Part shown: one piece after another, positions 26,201 through 37,680 of the stretch
Position numbering within the stretch: the first letter of the stretch is position 1
Layout: every line of letters begins with the position of its first letter
Source: Callorhinchus milii
Taxonomy: Eukaryota
NCBI RefSeq assembly: GCF_018977255.1
Contig: NW_024704742.1
Span: 41,976,001 to 42,036,000, forward strand
Length of the DNA stretch: 60,000 nt
Direction: 5' to 3'
Notes under the pieces: generated by a model
Told to the model about the DNA's origin: nothing
Databases searched by the model: none
What the model saw: only the letters and a program-made list of their open reading frames with translations
Program-made: the position numbers and the translations under genes

Positions 26201-27994
26201 AGTTGACTGCTCCTTTGGTCATTTTTCACCTCTCCATCCCCCTCAGCTCAGGTGCCAAACCAGGATTCCCAACAACAACAACAACAACTTGGATTTATTT
26301 AGCGCCCTCCATGCCTGACAGTGTCTCAGAGCGCTTCACAATAACAGATCCGGGGCAAAGCCAGGGGGAGGGGCAAGGACCTTCTATATGTCAAGGATCA
26401 CTGGACATACACCAGACTTAAAAGGCATTGTATAAATGTAAGTTTTTATTGGATTGTACAATTCCTGTGCAGTTAAAAGATTGTAGTTCAGAACCAGTGG
26501 AAAATAATATTCATGCACCTTATCAGTTCCAAATATATTATAGCACTTCAAAAGTGGAATAAAGTTTATTGTAGCTAAACAGGCGAGATTGGCTCATAAA
26601 CAGCCAGGAGGTGAATGATGAATTAAACTGGAGGACTGTTGGCCTGAGTTCCAAGAGAAATTCCTTCATTTTTGGAATAAAGTTGTGGGGGCTTCATAAT
26701 CCTCCACTTTGGTTTAAAGTCTCATGTGAAAAACGCAGTTTCTTTGGCTCATTTGCAGTTATATTCTGTGGTCTGTGCCACGTGCCCATCCACCTACCAA
26801 ACAAAGCCCTCTCCCAGGTTCCTGCAATGTTGTTCTTAAAGTAGTGACTGGGGGATGTTTATGAGTGAGGTGAGTCACCCTCTCCCAAAATTTTCAATTT
26901 CCCTTTCACCTTTAGAAATATTTCACCTTACCAGATGGTAACAGCTGAGAGCCGGAATTCAAGCTGAGTGAAACTTCAGGTGTGAACTTAAGCCCTACGA
27001 CTCCATAACAAGCCCCACGTCTTACCTCATCTGAAACCAGATTGTACGAGTTGCATAGTAGCTGGTTTCAGCTGAGGTACCATACATAGGAGTTACCTAG
27101 TGAAGTACATTAAAACTCTCTTAACCCTGATCTTTATAAATCATATAATTGCCTAAGTCATACAACTGCCCGGGTCCTGTTCAAGAACTTATATTCTATG
27201 CAAGTTTGACATTACTCATACTTCGCATAAATCATATTAATTGTATGGTTCCAACTGATACGACTTATGAGAAGTTTATTGTATTCTTTCTTGTTCCATC
27301 CTTTCTTATGCCCTAGCTAACAGTTTTGTTACATTCATCTTTTATTTTAGAAGTGATCTTAGTTTCAGATCTAACAAGATAATACAGACACATCTCCCAC
27401 CACCAGTGTAGCATTGGAAACGTGGGTGCAGACTCATCTTCACATTGTCAAAGAACAAATGTAGAGGGAGTGTCTCTCCCACCACCCAACCAGGTAGCTG
27501 CCTACCAACAGGCAAATAGATACATACCTTGCACTAAATAGTCAGGGATTAGACACTCTGATAGGTAAAGTGGGCATGTATTTGCCATTGGAGTACTCCA
27601 TAGAAAACACTCAAGGGATTGCACTAAGGGATTGTGTGCCATCTATTGACTACCTAGTAAGTTATAATAATAATAATAATCATTGCATTTGATATAGTGC
27701 CTTATCATGTCTTCAAGACATCTCAAAGTGCTTTACAGAATACACTGTAAAATGAATTGATTGTATTTTTGGTGGCGAAACATAAGTAACAAAGTAAATT
27801 AAAACCATTCCAAAATAATGAGGGAAGCGTGGTACACAATCCATCTCTGGTGATTCCCTCAATGGGGGTAAAAATGTAATAATCATAGCAAATAGTGAGA
27901 AAGAAGGAATATCTCCTGTTGGTGAATCTGATCTGTCCTTCAGATGAGACATTGAACCGAGGCCCCATTTCCCTGTTCAGATGATCATTAAAGA

Positions 27995-28359
27995 TAATAA
28001 TAATAATCCTTGCATTTTATATTGATCGAGACGTCTCAAAGTGCTTCACAGAATATATTGTAAAAAAATGTTTTTGACTGCATTTTGTGGGCAAAACGCA
28101 GCAGCTAGTTTGTGCAAAGCAGTGTCCCACAAACAGTCATGGATTAAATGACCAAATTATTATTTATATTTTTTTGAAGGGATTATTAACACCAGAAAGC
28201 AATCTGCCAAATGACTAGCAACCAGATACTTACTTACTTTTAGGTAAACAGAGGTGCGTGGATTAAGGAAACTTGCCTAAGGTTCCACTCTGCTCGGGAT
28301 TCAAACTCAGGTCCTCTCGCTTGCGAGGCGACTCCTCTAACCAGTATGCTACAGGACTC
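27995..28359 (-). mobile_element. tRNA-derived SINE, family A, full length
   Basis: Reverse-complement head and tail as in the other copies; another tail-only copy at ~27665-27790. Confidence 0.88.
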
Positions 28360-28439
28360 TACTGAACTAAGGTTATATCTAGTTTTACTTCAGGAGAATA
28401 GGATGGCCTGTTTTTAATATAAACTGGTAGCAGTAGAAA

Positions 28440-28830
28440 TTCCATGTAGAAAGAACAAACTGGCATTTTTCATAAAATCCTGGTTTTCAGCACAGAAGGT
28501 GATCCAGACCATTGTGCTGTGCTGGCTTTGGGAAGGAGCTATGTGGTTTAAACCACTCCCCTGCTTTTTCACCATTTCACCATTTTCAAATATTTTCAAA
28601 TATTTGTCTAAGTCCTGTTTAATACTTATCATGAATTCTGCCTGAACCTGAGTTCTTGGTGAGGTATTCTATGTCTTAATAAGCTTCTATGTAAATCAAT
28701 TCTCCTAACCTCTCCCTTAATTTTGGGGGGGTAATGATCTTAAATTTATGCGTCTACATAGTCCAGACTGACTGATCAGTAAAAATAGTTTTGCCCTTTA
28801 CACCTTATCAAAACTCCTCATAAAATTGAA
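28440..28830 (-). mobile_element. CR1 3' fragment
   Basis: Minus strand ISIKQDLDKYLK and tail ttctgtgctgaaaa...attttatg. Confidence 0.65.
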
Positions 28831-28839
28831 CAGCTTACC

Positions 28840-29762
28840 ACATTGAAACCACTTCACAGGGAATTGCTGTCAAGTGCAATGACATTTCTGTAGGCAAATG
28901 CAAGAGTCAGTTGAAACAGCAAGCTCCCACAAACAATCATGAAGTAAATGACCATTTAATCTGGAATATTAATGACCAGAACACAAGGAGAAAATCCCCC
29001 TTTTCTCGAATAGTGACTCATAGGGAGTCTCTGGTACTTGCTGTCTAACCAGCGAGGGCTCAAACCTGCACTTATCAGATGTTACATGGCCACTTAATAA
29101 CTATCCTTCTGACGGAAGGGAGAGGCAAATGGGTCTCCTTGGATCTGTCCTGGTTTCAAGGTGAGATGCTTGGTCATGGAATGTTAAGATTGAGGGACAC
29201 CTCTGCCTCAGGCTTGATAGGCTGGTACAGATTTTCAGTGCTGCTGGGCACTGCTGATGATAGACCAGCCAGCCTGCCTCATCAGCAGGATTTGGAGGGG
29301 CAGACTAGTCACTGGGACAGGGATTATTCCCACTCAGTTAATGTTAACTCTGCAAGCCAACGCCCTAAGGAGTAGGTGGTCTTAGTTGGACAGCAACGGG
29401 AAACTTGGCTGGCAGACAGTGCTCTCGATGGCAAGTTATGCAGTTTTAGTTGGTTAATCTCCAGCAGTACAGCAAAGCGTACTCTGGCTCTTACCAACCG
29501 GCATTCAATACTTCCAGGAATTAGGGCAAGCAGGGTACGGCCCTCTATGAAGAGAGTGCTCATTGCATTCCAGACACAGAGAAATTTCCATATGTAGGCA
29601 GCATATATATGTGGTACTCTCAGTCTGATTTGGACAATCTTAAACTCAGTGGTGGGTTACGGGTCAGGTCAGACACCCAGCTGACCAAACAAAAATGGAG
29701 TCTTTAACATTGACTAGAACAGGTTGATGAACCTCAGTTATAACATCTCATTTGAAAGATGT
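28840..29762 (-). mobile_element. Deu-domain SINE split in two (~28840-29015 and ~29695-29762) by an unclassified insertion
   Basis: The left piece ends ...tcgaatagtg and the right piece resumes atggagtctttaacattg...aacatctcatttgaaagatg, collinear with the intact copy at 20980-21065. Confidence 0.75.
29016..29695 (+). mobile_element. Unclassified A-tailed SINE-like insertion
   Basis: Interrupts a DeuSINE; ends cagctgaccaaacaaaaa; homologous to 226-600 on the opposite strand. Confidence 0.65.
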
Positions 29763-30289
29763 TTTTTTAACTGAGGGAAATCTCCATAGTAAAACTCCTT
29801 ATTTGGATTTACAGACTTGATCAACATCGGTTGTAGGGGTTGGGGTGTGGTAACTGGCCAGCTGATCAAGTGAAGTTGGCTCCAGGGAATCAGAGGACTT
29901 GGGAGTAAAGATACATCCTTGAGGGTGGTGGTACTTAAGGAATCAATAACATTTACACATTCCTTAACTGACTCCTTGTCTTCATTAGAAAAGAATTCCA
30001 CAAATTTTGCTCCATTGTTCCACAGGGCCATTTCTCTACAGTGTCCTTTTCTCTTTAGTTACAAAAGCTGCAATCTCTCCTCCCTCCCCAACACAAACAC
30101 AGATAGCATTTCCTTTTCATTTTAGAAGCTCTCATTATAATAATGAGCATCTGAAAAAGAGAATTACAAAATGTTCTGTCCCTGCAAGAGGAAAATAAGA
30201 AAGGAATTACAAATATCTAGCAGGAGTTGCTGTCTTGTTTTGGGCTGTTAAATCTCAAATGTAGTGAACTCTCTGTTAAATGGGGTGGA

Positions 30290-30518
30290 GGAGACATTCC
30301 ATCTGGGTCTTGATTTACTCCATGTAGCATTTCAGAGCGTACAGAATTTGGCAAATTGTTCAATTCAGCCTTAACTTTGAAGCTGGTTTTCTGTAGTTTC
30401 TTAAAAGTACTACAGAAAAATAGCATCAAAATTAAGGCAGTATTAAAGAGTTTGCCAAATTCTGGACACTCTATAACACTACATAGAGTAAATCTAGACC
30501 CGGGTGGAATTGCTCTCC
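30290..30518. repeat. Long imperfect palindrome (two ~108-bp arms, ~11-nt spacer), MITE-like
   Basis: The left arm 30290-30397 aligns to the reverse complement of 30409-30518 (e.g. cagaatttggcaaa / tttgccaaattctg; ttttctgtagt / actacagaaaa). Confidence 0.9.
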
Positions 30519-31345
30519 AAAAGTGCCATAAAGGTTGAAAGGCTTGGAATTCCTGAAGTGTGAAACTCGCAACTGTCTTCAAATCCCATGAATTGCATAT
30601 GTGAATAATTGGAATACCTCCAGATGGCAAGTGAGAACGAGAGGTACCTAGGCTGTACAACAAGATTTATGGACAGCATTCAATGGTTTCCAGGATTTTG
30701 CAAAACAAAAGTGTTTTCTAAGTTACTGAGGTCAAAAAGATTACTGGCACATACTAAATAACACACAATGCCTTATGTTATAAAATCATCAAATTGAATG
30801 TTAAATGAGAACAAACAACTTGAAGTGCAATGTTATGCTGTCATGTAAAAGGATGGAGAAAAGATAATAATCTCACTAGTTGCTCACATCTTGCACTTTT
30901 ATTGTGCCTGAAAGAAAACGAGAAGGCATTTGGGGGAAATCTGTTCTTACTCTGATATCAAAGTTTCACAAACTGCTGACAGTTAGGAATTCAGTTGAAA
31001 CTGATTTGATCAATTTCCTCCAACAGCATAACAGTTGACTTTTAATCATACAGACTCCTGGAATTGTGAAAGTTTGAGGGAACACTTCTTCCTTAAAAAT
31101 CAGCTGGGAAATAATAATAATCTTTACATTTGATGCCGAGCCTTATCACGTCATTAAGACATCTCAAAGCGCTCACAGAAAACACTGCAGAGTGGATTGA
31201 CTTTGCAATTTCTTAAAAATCTGTATTTGTATATCTGATTACTTCTGATAATCCTATTTATTTTGCAATATCTCATTATAGATGCTCAGAACAAATCAAA
31301 TCTTCTAAAATAATAGTCATTCGGATTATTTTGCAGCAACTTGAC

Positions 31346-31782
31346 AATAATAATAATTCGTGCATTTGATACTGTGCCTTTTTTGGAGGATGTCTCAAAG
31401 CGCTTCAAACAATTTTACTGTAATGTGTAGTGACTGTTTATTTTATAGGTGAATGCAGCAGCCAAATTGTGCACAGCAATGTCCCTCAAGCAGCTATGGA
31501 ATTTTTTTCTGGGGAATTGTTGACCAGGACCTAATGAAAACCTGGCTTCTCTTTTCAAATAGTGCAATTTGACCTTTAGCATCTACATGAACCAGCAAAT
31601 GCGGAACCCAGTTTAATGCTTCATCCAAAGGATGGCATCTCTGACATTGCAGCACTCCCCCACTGTGCAGCACTGTATTGGAGTGTCAAACTAGACAGTG
31701 AATTCAAAGTCCCGACATGGGGCTTGAACTCACAACCTTTTGACTCAGAGGCAAGAGTGCTACCAACTGAGCTAGGCTGACC
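31346..31782 (-). mobile_element. Deu-domain tRNA-SINE (family B), full length
   Basis: Ends gagtgctaccaactgagctaggctgac (reverse-complement head); Deu core and tail present. Confidence 0.87.
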
Positions 31783-32127
31783 CTTGCAGGCTCCTGTTTA
31801 TGATGGAAAAGTGTAGATTGATGCAACCATCTTGCACAATTATATTTGTAGTCTTACTGACTTATAATCTGATTTGTGTTAGAAATGAATTGTCCTCCCA
31901 TATTATCTGTTTGTATTTTCAAGCAGTATAGCAACAGGAACCACATTAGCATCTCAGTTTCTCCTGTGATTGATCGCATAACTACCCATCAGAAGCTGTA
32001 AGCCAGAACATCTGTCCCTTGAAACCATGAGTTTCAGTACAAGTGAATTTAAGTCATTCTCTGACATTTTGTTTGATAATGAGGGTGTTGTTTCATTTCA
32101 AGTTTCAAGAACTTGAGTTATACTGGT

Positions 32128-32510
32128 GTGTCAGCCTGGCGCATTGGTAGCACTCTCGCCTCTGAGTCAGAAGGTTGTAGGTTCAAGTCCCATGTTGGGA
32201 CTTGGAATCATATAGTCTAAGCTGGAACTGAAATGCAGTGCCGGGTGGGCAGGGTGTTGCAATGTCGGAGGTGCCTACTTTGGTTGAGACGTTAAACCAT
32301 CTGCTTTTCAAGTGGATGTTAAAAATCTCCTGGCACTGTTCAAAAAGAAAAGGGAGTTTCTCCTGGTGTCCTGGCCAACAATCCCCCAAATAACTTTGGT
32401 TATTCAATCCATGAGTTTGTGGAACATTGCTGTGTGCAACTGGCTGCCGTGATTTACCCACAAAATACACAGTCAATCCATTTTCATTATTATATTATTA
32501 TTATTATATT
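32128..32510 (+). mobile_element. Deu-domain tRNA-SINE (family B)
   Basis: gtgtcagcctggcgcattggtagcactctcgcctctgagtcagaaggttgtaggttcaagtccc head; Deu core; shortened tail. Confidence 0.87.
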
Positions 32511-32564
32511 TCCAATGAGCTAACCGGCTAAGGACATTTCGTCTCAAAGAACTTGCAAATTCAT

Positions 32565-33121
32565 TGCTTGTTGGCCTCCCCAACTTCTATCTCCACAGGC
32601 TGCAGATCATCCAGAACTCTGCAGCCCATGTTCTCTCCCACACTAGACTCCGTGATCCTATCACCCCATCCTCGCCCAACTCCACTGGCTTCCCATCACA
32701 CAGAGGATACTGTTCAAGATCCTGGTCCCCACCGTCAAAGCCCTCCATGGTCTTACTCCCCCCCTACCTCTGCGACCTCCTAACCCCTACCATTCTGTTT
32801 GCTCCCTTCGTTCAGCAGTCTCCAGCCTGCTTCACGCCCCTGTCTTGCTCGCCCCACTATTGGTGGGCGGGCCTTCTGCCAGTCTGCCTCCACCCTCTGG
32901 AACTCCAACCCACAGTCCCTCCGTCTCGCCCCCTCCTTCAAGACCCACCTCAAGACACTTCTCTTCGACCGAGCTTCGATCACCCTGCTTCCCCCCCGCC
33001 CTCCTCCCTCCTCCACCCCTGACCCCCAGCTCGGGTCCGAAATGCTGTCGGTCCAGCGCCTTGGGAATCCTCCCGACATGAAAGGCACTTTACACATGCA
33101 ATTTTGTTGTTGTTGTTGCTG
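32565..33121 (+). mobile_element. L2 3' fragment with (TTG)n tail
   Basis: LVGLPNFYLHRLQIIQNSAAHVLS...PTIGGRAFCQSASTLWNS...FKTHLKTLLF; very similar to 4880-5458. Confidence 0.92.
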
Positions 33122-34189
33122 TGCCATTGCTTAGCGGATGTGACCAAATGCTTAACTTGGTAACAAGTTGCACGGACAAAGGAATCAGCAGAATCTATTC
33201 TCATCAGAATTAACTGTGAGTAAATTTCACTGTCAGTGCATTTGAAGATGAATCAGTTTCCTGCTTCATCCAGTACAAAACTATAGCAACCAGAAGTGTT
33301 TCCTGTAATTTCATTACAATTATAATAATAACAAGAATAATCCTTGGATTTGTCATAACACTTTATCATGTCTCAGACATCTCAAAGCGCTTCATAGGTT
33401 TTATTGTAAAGTGTAGTGACTGTATATTTTGTAGGCAAATGGGCAGCCAATTTGTACACAACAATATCCCACAACAACCATGAAGACGCTAATAGGTTTT
33501 GTCCCTCATACCCTCCATTCCACCGTTGGTGGCCTTGCCTTCAGCCACTATACCCTGAAACTCTGGAACTCTTTCCCTCAATCTGTCACCTTCAAATCCC
33601 ACCTAAAGACCCTTTTTTATCGTGCTTAGGGTCACCTCCCCCCTCCATCTCCCCCTGACTCGGTGTCAGACTCTGCCACTGTGAAGCACTCCGGGATGCT
33701 ACCCTGCATGAAGGACGTTATACAAATGCAAGTTTTTGTTGGATTAGCATTGGCAAGATGCCAATAAATATACAGTCACTCCACTTTCCAGTGTATCCTG
33801 TGAAGTGCTTGTTTCTAAACCTATTGGCTTTGCAGATTGATCAGATAAGTGGGGAAGATTCCATCCATCAGTAAGTTCAATGGATGAGCCAGGCAGCATC
33901 AATCTAATAAGCTTTAGATGAGTAAGTATTGATACCTTCCAGCTTCCTTGTGTCTTTCATGTTTCAAGTCTCAAGATATTGATGTTAAGAAGAATCAAGA
34001 TATTTTAGGGAGGGGTTTTGTTAGATCAGTTTTCAATTTTACTTATTATTTCAGCATCTGCTGGTCAACTTCTGTTATAAACGTAACTTTTGTATAATTA
34101 AAGTATAATCTTTTATTTGTTTGTAAACATGTAACACAATAATCACATTCATGTGGTGATGAATTGTTGTATAACTTGCTCACAGCATC

Positions 34190-34900
34190 AAGCCAAACAT
34201 GAGGTCAACTTGCAATTGTACAAGACCTTGATGAGGCTACAATTGGAGTATTGTGTACAGTTTAAGGCACCTCATTATAAGAAGGGTGTGCAAAAACGTT
34301 ATAAAAATTTTCATCCATTCAAAAGGATGTTAATAATAATAAGTTTTAAATTTGGTATTATGCCTTTCACATCATAAAGGTTTCCTAGCATTTCACAGCG
34401 TATACTGTAAAATGCAATGACTGACTATGTTTTATAGGTGAATGCGACAGCCTGTTTGCTCACAGCAATATCCCACAAACAACCCTGACGTGAATGACCA
34501 ATTTTATTCGGGGGATTGTTGTCCATGACACCAGGAAAAACTCTCTTCTAATTTCAAATAGTGCGATGGGATCTTTAATGTAGATCTGAACAGGAAGATG
34601 GGGCCTCGGTTTAACATCTCAGGTGAAGGAAGGCAAGTCCAACAATGAGGCACAGCCTCAGCACTGCATTGGAGCGTCAGCTTAAATTGTGTGAGTCCCA
34701 AATCCTGACGTGAGGCTTAACCATGTTACCAAGGATGAGGAGGTGTAGCTATGAAGGGAGACCTGAGTAGTCAGTTTATTTTCACTAAAGGTGAGAAGTT
34801 TAAGGGATCACCTTATAGAGGATATGGGGAGTGATCTTATATAAATATAACAGTGCAGACTTGATGGGACAAATGACCAGTTTCTGTGCTGCAACATGTT
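34190..34900 (+). mobile_element. CR1 3' fragment split by a DeuSINE
   Basis: LQLYKTLMRLQLEYCVQFKAPHYKK at 34200-34290; resumes at ~34722 (atgttaccaaggatgagg...tatgaagggagac) and ends ttctgtgctgcaac. Confidence 0.65.
34331..34720 (-). mobile_element. Deu-domain SINE (family B) nested in CR1
   Basis: atagtgcgatgggatctttaatgtagatctgaacagg...ggcctcggtttaacatctc. Confidence 0.82.
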
Positions 34901-35044
34901 TCAAAGGAACATGATTGATTTGTGTGCCTTTTCTTTGTTCTCACACAACAGAATAATTTGCCAAACATGAGAGTGGCTTTCTTTTAATGACAACACAGTG
35001 ATTAAACAACTGCTCTGATGTGTATCTAAAAGTTTATTCAGTGA

Positions 35045-35495
35045 GTGAGTTCCTGAGCAATATACAGTAGTCCTAGGTTTGATCCCCGCCTGCACTGGGT
35101 TAGTTGATCTCTGTTAAACAGCACTGTGGGTACAACATTTGGTCTCAGTACCAGGATTTTGAAAGGTAAAACTGCTACGCAGTTGGCTGAAAAAACTAAA
35201 AGGTAGGAGAGAGATCGAGGGAACAGGATTGGAATACATAGCTCCAATGGGGAGCTAGCTCCAACAGAGAGGAGAGACCTAGGATTGAATGGGTTTTCTG
35301 TGTTTAATCATCCTTTTTTTTTACTTGCTGGAATTACATGTGGGTGTATATTGGTTGAGACCAGGATTGGGCTTGGCTGTGATGCCCTTTGCTTGCAGTC
35401 AAACAACCTGAAAATATTTACTGTCAAGGCTCACATATAACTACTGTAATTATTTGAAGTACTGGAGGGTGCCTGGCACTCGGAATCATGCCAGC
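35045..35495 (+). mobile_element. AmnSINE2-like SINE (family C) interrupted by a CR1-like tail (~35160-35310)
   Basis: cctaggtttgatccc...gggttagttgatctc; later caggattgggcttggctgtgatgccc...actgtcaaggctcacata...gtactggaggg. Confidence 0.6.
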
Positions 35496-35633
35496 GTAAA
35501 AAGAGAAAAACATCCTGTATAATATCAGGAGATCAAGGAATCTGGACATAGCCGGTAAGGGGGGAGAGGTGGAAATTTAGTAACACAGGTAGCAGATTTA
35601 GTAACATAGGTAGTAGCGGGCTTGTTATCATGC

Positions 35634-35950
35634 GTGTTAGCCTGGCTCAGTTTGTTGCACTTTCGCCTCTGAGTCAGAAGTTTGAGGAACGTTGGGACTA
35701 GGAACTCATGTAGTCCAGGATGACACTCCAGTGCAGTGCTGGGGTGGTATTGCATTGTCAGAAGTGTCATCCCTTCAGATGAGATGCTCAACCCATCATT
35801 GAATCTGCCTGCTCAGCTGGATGTTAAAGACCCCACGCAGTGGCCCACAAAATATACCGCCCGTTCACTTTACGGAATATTTCTGCAAAGCGTTTCGGGA
35901 CGTCTCGAAGACGCGATGAGGCGCCAATATCAAACGCAAGGCTTATCATT
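35634..35950 (+). mobile_element. Deu-domain SINE (family B) at the CpG-island edge
   Basis: gtgttagcctggctcagtttg head, ccttcagatgagatg core, tail cgtctcgaagacgcgatgaggcgccaatatcaaacgcaagg. Confidence 0.82.
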
Positions 35951-36260
35951 GCCCCAAAGGAGAAGGGAGTTTCCCCTTCTCCCCCCCATCCCACTCGGTG
36001 TCCTGTGCAAGAGTCTCCCGAGCGCAACCGGCCATTCGTTTAACGGACTGTCCGCCGGGACGTTGCTGCCACGTGTGCCCACAACCGTAACGCAGTCATA
36101 AAATCCTTCAAAAGGCTTGGTGGTGGGGCGGGGGGAGAGGCGGGCGGGGGGAGTGGGGGGGGTCCTGGCCTCCTGTGCTGTGCACAGTGAGCTCTCCTGT
36201 GGCGCTGCGCCTGTGTAATGCGCCCCATTCATTCCACCCATTCATTCCGTCCTGGGCCCT

Positions 36261-37053
36261 GAGTGGGGGGGGGGGGGGGCGGAGGGGAGGGAGTTGGGAG
36301 GTGGGGGGGGGGGAGTGAGGGAGGGGGGTAGGGAGGAGTGGGGAGGGAGGGTGGGGTGGAGTGAGGGAGTGGGGGGGGAGGGTGGGGGGGAGTGAGGGAG
36401 GGGGGGAGGAGGGGGCTGGGAGGGAGGGAGTGGGGGGGAGGGAGTGGGGGGGGAGGGAGTGGGGGGCGAGGGAGTGGGGAGGGGGGGAGGGAGTGGAGGT
36501 GGGGGGAGGGGGGGAGGGAGTGGAGGTGGGGGGAGGGGGGAGGGAGTGGGGGGGAGGGAGGGGGGGGGAGGGAGTGGGGGGAGGGAGTGGAGGTGGGGGA
36601 GGGAGGGAGTGGAGGGGGGGAGGGTGGGGGGGGGGGGGGGGGGGGGGGGGGAGGGGGGAGGGAGTGGGGGGGGGGGGGGGAGGGAGTGGGGGGAGGGAGT
36701 GGGGAGGGGGGGAGGGAGGAGGAGCCCGGGAGGGAGTGGGGGGAGGGTGGGGGGAGTGAGGGAGGGCGAGCTAGTGGGGGGCGAGGGAGTGGGGGGGGGA
36801 GGGAGTGGGGGAGGGGGGAGGGAGTGGAGGTGGGGGAGGGGGGAGGGAGTGGGGGGGAGGGAGTGGAGGTGGGGGGAGGGTGGTGGAGGGAGTGGGGGGG
36901 AGGGAGGAGGGGGAGGGAGTGGGGGGGGGGAGGGGATGGGGGGGGGGAGGGAGTGAGTGGGGGGGAGGGAGGAGGGGGGAGGGAGTGGAGGTGGGGGGAG
37001 GGGGGAGGGAGTGGGGGGGAGGGAGTGGAGGTGGGGGGAGGGAGTGGGGGAGG
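36261..37053 (+). repeat. G-rich low-complexity/degenerate tandem tract (GGGAGTGG(A)GG(T)GGGGGGA-like units)
   Basis: About 790 nt of almost only G/A with recurring gggagtgg; it generates the spurious poly-Pro/poly-Gly ORFs. Confidence 0.9.
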
Positions 37054-37146
37054 CCCCGCCCCGTATGCAAATGAGCCGGCGGCGCGGGGGCCAATGGGGA
37101 GGCGCGGGCGGCCCGGGGGCGGGGCTGTCGGGGCGGCTACATTAAC
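37054..37146 (+). promoter_or_regulatory. Putative SLIT2 core/proximal promoter: GC box, octamer, CCAAT, GC box
   Basis: CCCCGCCCC 37054-37062, ATGCAAAT 37065-37072, ggCCAATggg (CCAAT 37091-37095), GGGGCGGGGC 37116-37125, all within ~90 bp inside the CpG island. The TSS is inferred just downstream. Confidence 0.6.
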
Positions 37147-37455
37147 GTGTGTGTGTGTGTGAGTACATTCCAGTGCGGAAGCGCTGCCCCGGACAGCGCT
37201 CACAGTGCAGCGCCGCCACAGAGACAGAGAGGGGGAGAGGGGGAGAGGGGGACCCACTGCAGCTCCACACAGCGACTCCGCTCACAGCATTCACACCGCC
37301 CTTCTCGTTTCTTTTCTGCTCTTCCCCCCAAAAAAACAATCAGCCACAGCCCACCTACCTCTCTTCTTTTTTTTTTTGACCATCCACCCACCCATCTATC
37401 CATCCCATCCATCCCATCCAGCTTCGCGGAGGGCCAACTGCAAGCGAGGAGGTGC

Positions 37456-37680
37456 TGAGAGAGAGAGAGAGGGAGGGAGGGAGGGAGAGAGAAAGAGGGA
37501 GAGGGAGAGAAAGAAAGAGAGAGGAGGGGAGAGAGTGCAACAATGCAAACATTTCTCTCGGTGCTCACCTTCCTCCAGGTGTCCGGGGCAGAGCGATCGG
37601 AGAGATAAAAGAGACACAGACAGAACGAGAGAGAGAGAGAGAGAGAGGGAGGGAGAGAGAGAGGGAGAAGAGAGAGAGAG
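37456..37680 (+). repeat. (GA)n / polypurine tracts in the putative 5' leader
   Basis: gagagagaga/gggagggaga runs at ~37456-37535 and ~37626-37680. Confidence 0.85.

Noticed and set aside
36229..37257. 342-aa proline-rich ORF (minus) and overlapping glycine-rich ORFs (plus)
   Set aside because: Translation artefacts of the stop-free G-rich tract; open in several frames with no domain content.
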